Assembly: GCA_020184695.1 (NCBI GenBank) | Contig: JAANOX010000239.1 | Location: 31,884-95,883, forward strand | Direction of reading: 5' to 3' | Source: Histomonas meleagridis 2922-C6/04-290x | Lineage: Eukaryota; Protista; Parabasalia | DNA: 64,000 nucleotides | Notes under the pieces: generated by a model | Databases searched by the model: none | What the model was told of the DNA's origin: nothing | Seen by the model: only the letters and a program-made list of their open reading frames with translations | Shown here: in pieces, positions 56,114 through 64,000 of the stretch | Layout: each line of letters begins with the position of its first letter | Numbering within the stretch: position 1 is the stretch's first letter | Position numbers and translations under genes: made by a program

Positions 56114-56986
56114 ATGTCTGATGAGTTTACTCAAACTGTCATACAATCTATGATAGCCCAATTAGCTTACCACATGGGTATGAAAACGATTTCTTCTTCT
56201 GCAATGGATGTTTTGGTTGGAGCAGTCATTCGCTTCATCCAAAAAATCTCCTCATCTGCAGCACAAATGACGTTGAACTCAGGTCGCACGGAATCAAATA
56301 TTTATGATGTATTGTATTCTTTATCTAAAAATGGAATTACTAATCCGTACCAAAAAATTGTCAGTTTCCTAAATGAAGAAGAACCTTCATTTCCGAAATT
56401 TGAATACCTTGTTACACCCTACCCGATATCAAATGTAACAACCTTCTACAAGGACCAAATAACCAAAACACAAGCTCAATATCAAAATCAGCATCCTCCA
56501 AGTATTCCATTTCGGTCAAATACCACAATTCAATATGCTGCTAATTCACCACGCAACGGTCATGATCGTTGTCATATCCCTACATACTTTCCACCATTCC
56601 CTGATCTTTTATATAAAGTATATTTCCCAGGAGATGCAGAAAATCAAGCAGAAGAAAATCGCGAAAACAATCTCAAAGAAGAGCTCACGCGATGCCGTGA
56701 AAGGGACCAAGAAAACATTAAGAAAGAACTTTCCAAACTTTCGAATGTTAAAATGGTTCCAAACACAAACCTTAAATGCGAACTCGCAAAGCCACTTGAT
56801 AGAAGCAACTTTGTTTCCATCCCATCCCAAGAAATAACTGCAAGCTTTGATATTTCATATGGAGAAAGAAATACTCTTAACCCAGAATTCTTACCATGGC
56901 AAAAGATCGAAGAATCATCAAAGATGTCTGCTACAGAAAAGGGCTATATTAAAACCTTGGAAACGACACACCAAGAAAACGAATGA
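56114..56986 (+). CDS. TAF8: TAF8-like protein (bromodomain-associated histone fold + TAF8 C-terminal motif)
   Basis: Histone fold SSAMDVL...FIQKISSSA.....NSGRTESNIYDV..SL and HIPTYFPPFPD. Confidence 0.72.
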   Translation: MSDEFTQTVIQSMIAQLAYHMGMKTISSSAMDVLVGAVIRFIQKISSSAAQMTLNSGRTESNIYDVLYSLSKNGITNPYQKIVSFLNEEEPSFPKFEYLVTPYPISNVTTFYKDQITKTQAQYQNQHPPSIPFRSNTTIQYAANSPRNGHDRCHIPTYFPPFPDLLYKVYFPGDAENQAEENRENNLKEELTRCRERDQENIKKELSKLSNVKMVPNTNLKCELAKPLDRSNFVSIPSQEITASFDISYGERNTLNPEFLPWQKIEESSKMSATEKGYIKTLETTHQENE

Positions 56987-57322
56987 ATATGATGTAAAGT
57001 ATAGAATTTTGTTAATAGTAAACTATTCAATTATTTTAACTATGTTTGTTCTGTTGAAATCAGAAGTTTAAATTTTTGTTGTTGCAAACTCAATGGTATA
57101 TATCATTACTTGAAGAACTTTTAGGATGTGATATCGTTCTCATTTTATAGAATTAGTTCTATTTATTACAAAAGAAATTAATTGTCTAATAATGATTATA
57201 ATTTTTTTTGCTTTCGAGCGCTAAGCAGAAAGAATCAAAACAAAATTATTTATATAATAAACATTTTTATTAAATTCCAAAAGCTCCGATATGTTTTAGA
57301 AAGAAGTTTAATTATTAATCTA

Positions 57323-60300
57323 TCAATATAATATATCAAATGTTGTAATTTTATTACCAATTCTTAAAGCGCATTTTGGTTCACTCCTATGTAAAGCGAA
57401 TGAGTTTGGAAAGTAATTTGTTCCTTGAATTTCGGCCTCAAATTTACCTTCTTCGTAATCCAAAGAAATCAAATTTTGATCAGTTAAAGCCAAACCGAAA
57501 GGTAATTGTGGGTGAACGTCGAATTGACGAATTTGTTTACCACAATTAAAATCGGAAATTATTTTCATCATTCTAATATCGAAGATGGAGACGTATCCGT
57601 CATTTTCACCCATTACTAAGTAAAAAGGAAAAGGAGACGAAACATTACCTCCAATAAATTTCAAATTATTAGCGTTAACATTAATAATTGGTCTTTTCAT
57701 TCTTATATCGAACAAAGCGATATCATCTTGAGCAACATAAAACAAAGAAGAATAAGGTTCAATCCATTGTATAGAATTTGCTTCTACGTTTGAAGATATG
57801 AACATGTTCGTAATCTTTTGTTGCGTATATAAATCAATAATTACAACACTTTGAGTTCCAGTCGAAAATAATAATTTATGCGTATGAATATTATAATCTA
57901 TGATTGAATGATTACAATATATTGGATTATTAATCCAAAATGATGTTAAACAATCGTTTGATATTTGTGAATCTAAAATCGCAACTTGTGATTTTTCACT
58001 TACTGCTAATACTTTAGAATCATCAATAAATGATAAATATGAAATTTTTGGTACATAATTTTCTTCGATTAAATTTTCATAATATTTTGTTGAATATTTA
58101 ATAATATCTTTATTAGAGCCAAAACAATTATAAATTGAATACTTCTTTTGTCCATATAAATAATTTTGTATAATTAAATTGCCTTTAATATCACTACAAG
58201 ATAATAAACCTGATGGTGATATCGCTGGTATACCAGTAGCTATTAATCCTTGTATAAAGATTGGATCTGGATCGAAAAATGTTGATGAATCATTTTTTGA
58301 TTTTTCAAATGCTATTTGTGATAAACAGTTAAATATTAAATTAGATTTCATTGGTTTTATATCTTCTTTTTCTTCCAATTTTAATGCTAAAAATTGAAAG
58401 AATTCAGTAAATACATTTTGAAGTTTAAATGAAGGTTCATATAAAAGCGAATTCAAAGATTTACCTAAAAGTGGTATTAACGGTGAAATTATATTATCTT
58501 CAATTCCATCAATTAAATATTGACCTAATGCTTGAATAAATTCTTTTGATTGTTTCATTAATATATGACTAATGCCTATAATTGATTCTTCTCTAACTAT
58601 AGGACTTAAATCATCAAGAGAAAGTATTAAATTATAAAATAATTCATATGAAAGTAATTCATCATCTTTAGTTAATTGTTCATAAGTTATAATAATTCGT
58701 GAAATTATTGCGGCTCTACATATCATAGATTTTTCATTTTGTATTGCTTGAACTTGTAATTGAATTGGTATATTTAATTGTGCTAATAATAAATTCGTTA
58801 AACATCGAACTTGATAAAATTCATTTGTTTCTAATTTCTTTAATTCTTTAATTAAATCACTTTTAAGATATAAATTTATTATATCTTTTGAATAATTTAA
58901 TAATATTAATAAACAACTTAATGTTGATATTAATTGATTTTTATTTGTTGTATGTATAGATTTTAACCAAAATTTTGGTTTATTCGAAAAATATTTTATT
59001 AATTCATTCGAATATAAAATAGAATCTCCTATAACATATGAATAAGCAGCAATTATTTCAGGTTCATAATTTTTAAGGTTTTTTAATAATGTCGTTAATA
59101 TAGGAAATGATCTTGTTGATAAAAAATGTTGTCGAGTTTCTTCTGAAATATTGATGAACTTAGAACAAAATATTATTGTTCGAGGAAAGAATTTTTCACT
59201 TGTTAATAAATGTGGTAAAAATGATAATTCATTTGGTATTGGCCTTCCTTCAATAGGATATAAAAGCCATGTCTCAAGTTTATTTAAACTATTCTCTAAT
59301 AAATTATCAAGTGTATAAAGTTGTCGAATATTTGGATTCGGCTTAAATAAGTTCTTTATAGAATATAACGCTCGATCTAATTCTAAATCAAATGAATCCC
59401 ATAATGGATGATTCGATACATCGGGAAGTTTAGGATATGATTTAGGTGTCAATGAAATAGATTTTAATACACGTTGTGAAAACAAAAAATTATAAAAAAG
59501 TTTTGAAGTAATTACATCACTTCTAAATAACTCATAAAATAATGTTTCATTCGTATTTGTTAAACTCAGAAATATTATTCGATCAGCTATACTTTCAAGT
59601 GCTTTATCAAGTACTTCAAGAATATTATTTGAATTAGGTGAATCATTAATTATATCAATTAATGATTGAATATCTATCTCAGATAATAATCCTGCTCGAA
59701 AATCTTTATATTTTTGTGATTGTCGAAGAAGTGCTAATTTACATGGTGTTAATAAACATGATGTTAATAAATCACATGGTAATGTTGGATAATAATTTAT
59801 AGTATTTGACGAAGTACCAAATGCTATAAAAGGTCCCTTGGATTCCTTAACGGTCTCAAGCGACTTGTTTGAAAATGAACAGTCAAAAATGAATATCGTC
59901 TTTTGATGTGATATTGACTTTGTGAGGTTAAGAAGCGCTTTAGAATCAAACTGTATAGGAGTTTCGATTTCAAGCGTATCAGAGAGTGTATGATCATTAG
60001 CAATTTGATTAAGTGCACTACAACTAAATGACGATGTTAAAGAATTATTCCGAACCATGGGTGGAGGTGTTAAATGTACTTGCTTTTCGCGTGCTGTGGG
60101 ATCCAATACATGGTAGAATAAAATTGTTGGATTCCCTTCAACACGGATTGGTTGATGATTATTTTTTGAAACTGATTGATATGTTATTGTTAAATCTTCT
60201 GAAATATGTTTGTATTCATCTAGGATACCAGATCTAACGCTTTTCATTGCCATTTTAAGTGAAAGAGATGAAATATCATTCCAACAAATAACTTCTGGAA

Positions 60301-60523
60301 GAATAGTTTCATTATTAATACTATCATGTTGATGCTCTTCTAAGTTATCTGACAATTTAACAATTACTTGAACTGATGGTGAATTTATTGAAATTTGAGG
60401 AATATTAATATTGCTCCTTTTCTTAGTTTCTACATAATGCTCAGGAAATGGAGCCCATTTGTTGTCTACTTCTTCTTCATATGTCTTTTCGATATGTTCA
60501 GTCCAATTGAAGGTCTGCTCCAT
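57323..60523 (-). CDS. Raptor/KOG1-like protein (caspase-like N-terminal domain, HEAT repeats, WD40), divergent
   Basis: TIFIFDCS, LPCDLLTSCLLTP..LAL, LFRSD..SKLFYNFLFSQR, PKSYPKLPDVSNHPLWDSFDLELD; C-terminal WD40-like blades. Confidence 0.8.
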   Translation of the reverse strand: MEQTFNWTEHIEKTYEEEVDNKWAPFPEHYVETKKRSNINIPQISINSPSVQVIVKLSDNLEEHQHDSINNETILPEVICWNDISSLSLKMAMKSVRSGILDEYKHISEDLTITYQSVSKNNHQPIRVEGNPTILFYHVLDPTAREKQVHLTPPPMVRNNSLTSSFSCSALNQIANDHTLSDTLEIETPIQFDSKALLNLTKSISHQKTIFIFDCSFSNKSLETVKESKGPFIAFGTSSNTINYYPTLPCDLLTSCLLTPCKLALLRQSQKYKDFRAGLLSEIDIQSLIDIINDSPNSNNILEVLDKALESIADRIIFLSLTNTNETLFYELFRSDVITSKLFYNFLFSQRVLKSISLTPKSYPKLPDVSNHPLWDSFDLELDRALYSIKNLFKPNPNIRQLYTLDNLLENSLNKLETWLLYPIEGRPIPNELSFLPHLLTSEKFFPRTIIFCSKFINISEETRQHFLSTRSFPILTTLLKNLKNYEPEIIAAYSYVIGDSILYSNELIKYFSNKPKFWLKSIHTTNKNQLISTLSCLLILLNYSKDIINLYLKSDLIKELKKLETNEFYQVRCLTNLLLAQLNIPIQLQVQAIQNEKSMICRAAIISRIIITYEQLTKDDELLSYELFYNLILSLDDLSPIVREESIIGISHILMKQSKEFIQALGQYLIDGIEDNIISPLIPLLGKSLNSLLYEPSFKLQNVFTEFFQFLALKLEEKEDIKPMKSNLIFNCLSQIAFEKSKNDSSTFFDPDPIFIQGLIATGIPAISPSGLLSCSDIKGNLIIQNYLYGQKKYSIYNCFGSNKDIIKYSTKYYENLIEENYVPKISYLSFIDDSKVLAVSEKSQVAILDSQISNDCLTSFWINNPIYCNHSIIDYNIHTHKLLFSTGTQSVVIIDLYTQQKITNMFISSNVEANSIQWIEPYSSLFYVAQDDIALFDIRMKRPIINVNANNLKFIGGNVSSPFPFYLVMGENDGYVSIFDIRMMKIISDFNCGKQIRQFDVHPQLPFGLALTDQNLISLDYEEGKFEAEIQGTNYFPNSFALHRSEPKCALRIGNKITTFDILY

Positions 60524-60725
60524 AAACCCTGAAATTCACGACCGTTAATCAATCATTGAGTAAATCTATCAAAAAGTCAAAATGATGATGACTTTTCATA
60601 GGGTTCTTTATTATCGCCGAACGATACAACTTTCTGTGTTACGATGGAGGCATTTCTGTTGAAAACGTTTTTTTGATTGCTGAATTAAAACATTGGATAA
60701 AAAAAGATTTAAATAAATTTTATTT

Positions 60726-61742
60726 TCACTTAGCTTCACCAAGCTTTACGTCCTTAAGCTTGGAAATATCTTCATCGGTTCGATTGCCGCTGATTGGGAT
60801 TGACTTTAATCTTTCTTCAATGTTTTCGTATTCTTCCTTAGTCAATGTAACAAATGTTGCGCCCAAATTTTCTTTAATTCGTTCATCTGTTCTCATTCCA
60901 GGAATAGATACAATAAAATCACCTTTGCACATAATCCATGCTAATGATATCTGTGCTGGTGTTGAATGTTTTGCAGCAGCAACTTCTTTAAGATAGTCAA
61001 GTAATTGCTGATTCTTCACAATATTTTCTTGTGAGAAACGAGTAATAACACGTCTAACATCATCACCAGTAAATTTGGATTCTGTTGTATACTTTCCGCT
61101 AAGGAATCCTGAAGCAAGTGGTGAAAATGGAACAAATCCAATTCTTAATTCTTTACATGTTGGTATGACTTCTTTCTCGTACATACGCTCCATGATGGAA
61201 AATTCACTTTGGATGGCTGTAAGTGGTGTTATAGCATGTGCGCGACGGATTTGATCAGCATCAACTTGTGACATTCCCCATCCACGAATCTTTCCAGTTT
61301 TAATGAGTTCGCCCATAGCCCATGCAACATCTTCAATCTCTGCGTTTGTAGCGCGATGCCAATAATATAGATCAAGATATGTTGTACGAAGACGTTGAAG
61401 AGAGCCATCAAGATGTTTGGTGATCTCTTTGAGAAGTGCTTCACGACCAGGCTCTTCTACTGGTTTGAAAAGAGTAAATTTAGATGCAAGAATAATCTTG
61501 TCACGGATTGGTTCAAGAGCCTCGCCAACAATTTTTTCGTTTTCTCCCATAGCGTATACTTCAGCTGTATCGAAAAATGTGCAACCTTGTCTGTATGCCT
61601 CATGAATCAAATGGATTGCTTGATCGTGTGGAGTAGCATCACCATATCCATGAGATAAACCCATTGCACCATAGCCAATAGCTGAGACTTTAAGGTCGCG
61701 GAGCATCCTTGTTGGAAGCGTTACTTCTTGTTTGGGTTCCAT
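60726..61742 (-). CDS. Aldo/keto reductase (bacterial-type)
   Basis: LKVSAIGYGAMGLSHGYG, FFDTAEVY, LASKF, LDLYYWHR, GKIRGWGMS, QSEFS, PFSPLASGFLSG, IPGMR. Confidence 0.92.
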   Translation of the reverse strand: MEPKQEVTLPTRMLRDLKVSAIGYGAMGLSHGYGDATPHDQAIHLIHEAYRQGCTFFDTAEVYAMGENEKIVGEALEPIRDKIILASKFTLFKPVEEPGREALLKEITKHLDGSLQRLRTTYLDLYYWHRATNAEIEDVAWAMGELIKTGKIRGWGMSQVDADQIRRAHAITPLTAIQSEFSIMERMYEKEVIPTCKELRIGFVPFSPLASGFLSGKYTTESKFTGDDVRRVITRFSQENIVKNQQLLDYLKEVAAAKHSTPAQISLAWIMCKGDFIVSIPGMRTDERIKENLGATFVTLTKEEYENIEERLKSIPISGNRTDEDISKLKDVKLGEAK

Positions 61743-62255
61743 TGAGAAAGTGAATTAAAAATACTTCCAAAAAATAAGCAATTGAAAATTTATCGCATAT
61801 TGAAAACAAAATTGATTCAAGTAATTCAATAAATTGTGTGAATGATAGGAAATTTGAGGTAAAATAGAAATGCCACATTAGGGCACCCCATCCACCATCC
61901 TGAAGGCCGGTTTCGATCGTTATACATTGAAAACCGAAGTTTTGCTTGCATTTGATTCAAATTGATATATATTTTGACCGACAAAATATTAGATAATCGT
62001 TTTCGCCATGAAATCGCTTTTTTAATTCAAATCTTATCAAAATCAAATTTCTTACACATAAAGTTAATTTGGCACACACACACACACAGCGCTATGTGAG
62101 CTTCGTGCTACGCACTCGCTCCCACTCGCGCTACATAAACTAAAGGATGAACGGCTAAAATCGATTGAATTATCATAAATCGGTTGGTTTTGATTGAAAG
62201 TAATAAAAATATATTTAAATTCATGATGACATTTTATATTTAAAAATGTGTGAGG

Positions 62256-62566
62256 CATGACAAACTAACTAACTAACTAACTAATAAAGAAACTAGCTAA
62301 AGGAAATTCGGAAATGCTGAATGAGTTTCTCCATTTTAGTGATTTGACGTGAATATTGCATGTTTACTGGAGCTGATGATGATAACGGATGAGTTGTCGT
62401 AATGCTATGTGGAAAGTTGTGTTTTCATTATTTTTTAACACGACAAACTAACTAACTAACTAACTAACTAAAAAAGAAACTAGCTAAAGGAAATTCGGAA
62501 AAGCTGAATGAGTTTCTCCATTTTAGTGATTTGACGTGAATATTGCATGTTTACTGGAGCTGATGA
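62256..62566 (+). repeat. Direct duplication of a roughly 125-bp unit containing an (AACT)n microsatellite
   Basis: Copies at 62256-62379 and 62439-62566 differ by one AACT unit and a few substitutions. Confidence 0.9.
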
Positions 62567-62583
62567 AAAATAAAGCTTGCATT

Positions 62584-63003
62584 TTACTGTTTCTTTGTGT
62601 AATATGTGGTTCTTTTTCCTTTTCTTAAAATCGATCTTTTATCAAAGTGATTTTTAGTGTTATTCATCATTGAAAAGCTCCTTGTTGAAACGTTAGTGTT
62701 GAAGTAATTGTTAAACATAGAACACAATTCAGAAACTTCAATTTCTTCATTCGGAATAGTTTTTAAGAAATTTTCAAAAGTTGGCTTTGAATCTTGAATT
62801 ACAATTATTGATTTATTTTCTGTATCTTCATCTACTTCCTCAACTAATGGATCCGTTGATTTTTGTATATTATAATAATTTAATGCACCGGCAAATGATT
62901 TAGTTGCTATTAAATCTTCTTTTAGATAATTAACTCTTTCTGTAAATTCTTCATTCAAAAGTTCAGGAAGTGTATCAGTCAATGATTCATTCAAACGAAA
63001 CAT
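62584..63003 (-). CDS. Hypothetical 139-aa protein; C-terminal half resembles a winged-helix DNA-binding module
   Basis: ATG overlaps the upstream stop (TAATG). FENFLKTIP...VSELCSMFNNYF...VSTRSFS...RKGKRTTYYTKK is a helix-helix-helix-wing pattern by eye. Confidence 0.55.
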   Translation of the reverse strand: MFRLNESLTDTLPELLNEEFTERVNYLKEDLIATKSFAGALNYYNIQKSTDPLVEEVDEDTENKSIIVIQDSKPTFENFLKTIPNEEIEVSELCSMFNNYFNTNVSTRSFSMMNNTKNHFDKRSILRKGKRTTYYTKKQ

Positions 63004-63809
63004 TAAAGTTTCAGCATAAGTTTTTCACAAGTTTTGCATTTTGACATCGCATGAGCGTCAGGAATAATATTTATTTGTTTTTGATGAAAATTCGATATAA
63101 ACAGATACATAATATCAATTAATCTATTAAATTTATTCTTAAATGTTGTTTCAATTAACATAAATTCAGAAGTTTTATTATTCTTGACCGAAAGAGTTAT
63201 TGTAGTTAAAGCATTAATTAATCTTTGCGAAAATTTATCGAGAATCTGCATCGCTCGCTTTCCGTTTTTGTTTATATACACACTTTCAATTGTTTTACAG
63301 TAATCTTTATCTTTCGGACAAATATTTTTGACTTTTTGAACGAATAATTCAAAATACTCATCGATTAAATCTTGATGGTAATAATTAACGGTTTGGTTTA
63401 TGTATTCTGTCAAATTATCAATAACATTTTGATTACACCGAGGATATTTTTCTAGTTTTTTTCTTTCTTGAATTAAAAATTTCTGAAAATTTTCTGCTTT
63501 CTTCATATCTGATTCAATTAATTCAATTTCATTTTTGCAATTAGATATATATTGATCTTTGAGCATATCAGATGTTATAAATTCATTTTTAGATTTAAAT
63601 ATTTCACCCGGTATGTGTTGAATGTTATAATAAATTTGATTTATCATCTTTTCATATTCTTCTTTAGTATATTCTTTATGAAGATAATAATTTCTTTTGA
63701 TTTCTTGCTGATGTTCAACAACAAGTTTATTGATTTTGCTGTTAATGTATTTATTAATTTGTTCTTCTGATGTAAAATTAACAATCGCCATTAAGCTCTT
63801 TATATACAA
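63003..63809 (-). CDS. Hypothetical 268-aa helical protein inside the inverted-repeat element
   Basis: Uninterrupted ORF; no family recognised. Confidence 0.6.
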   Translation of the reverse strand: MYIKSLMAIVNFTSEEQINKYINSKINKLVVEHQQEIKRNYYLHKEYTKEEYEKMINQIYYNIQHIPGEIFKSKNEFITSDMLKDQYISNCKNEIELIESDMKKAENFQKFLIQERKKLEKYPRCNQNVIDNLTEYINQTVNYYHQDLIDEYFELFVQKVKNICPKDKDYCKTIESVYINKNGKRAMQILDKFSQRLINALTTITLSVKNNKTSEFMLIETTFKNKFNRLIDIMYLFISNFHQKQINIIPDAHAMSKCKTCEKLMLKL

Positions 63810-64000
63810 ATTAAAAAATCAAAAAACTACTTTAAAATTAGACTTAATTTCATTTGTGAGTTTAGTCGAGTAAATCATCAATTTTCAAGTGATTTCACAT
63901 GAATGGAGAAACTCACGGAACAATTTTGAATTTCCTTTAGCTAGTTTCTTTTTTAGTTAGTTAGTTAGTTAGTTTGTCATGTATAAAAAAATAAATATTA

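Larger units (their letters stand above)
62256..63981. mobile_element. Putative mobile or virus-derived element: two coupled ORFs bounded by about 80-bp inverted repeats, with the left repeat duplicated
   Basis: CATGACAAACTAACTAACTAAC...GAAACTAGCTAAAGGAAATTC...TGAGTTTCTCCATT at 62256 and 62439; its reverse complement at 63902-63981. No transposase motif or TSD seen. Confidence 0.55.

Noticed and set aside
62262-62283. Tandem ACTAAC as spliceosomal branch points, or a C/D snoRNA in the duplicated unit
   Set aside because: It is a simple (AACT)n microsatellite with no GT/AG context, and the C and D boxes are not in a convincing order with a terminal stem.

Overview
This is AT-rich, gene-dense eukaryotic DNA, most consistent with a parabasalid (Tritrichomonas/Trichomonas-like). 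The support is a BspA-type LRR surface protein, DUF3447-type ankyrin genes, mostly uninterrupted ORFs, TCA(C/T)T initiator-like sites, and TAAA overlapping several stop codons. Recognisable genes are actin, katanin p60, RPS13, SF3B3-like, PTPA, TAF8-like, Raptor-like, FHIP/FAM160-like, a VPS9 (GAPVD1-like) protein, a chromodomain protein, an S8 protease and tRNA-His(GTG). Four enzymes look bacterial: a GH13 cyclomaltodextrinase, an F420-type NADP oxidoreductase, a GNAT and an aldo/keto reductase. The most striking structure is at 11554-13842. An ankyrin gene continues past its annotated stop as 13 stop-free 30-codon ankyrin modules separated by 14 AT-rich intervening sequences, all at the same beta-hairpin position. 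Eight are exactly 80 nt, most shift frame or contain stops, they share internal motifs at fixed distances, and I found no consistent GT-AG ends. A paralog in the same window has uninterrupted 34-aa repeats and serves as an internal control. Other notable items are a kinase-GTPase gene whose three stops are all C-to-T-derivable, a roughly 20 x 60-bp FG/Ser-Thr repeat inside a DUF3447 domain, a deleted SF3B3 3' duplicate bracketing a bacterial-like gene, and an inverted-repeat-bounded element with two TAATG-coupled ORFs at the window end. Several frameshifts fall in homopolymers and may be long-read errors. All family assignments come from motif recognition by eye, not database searches.
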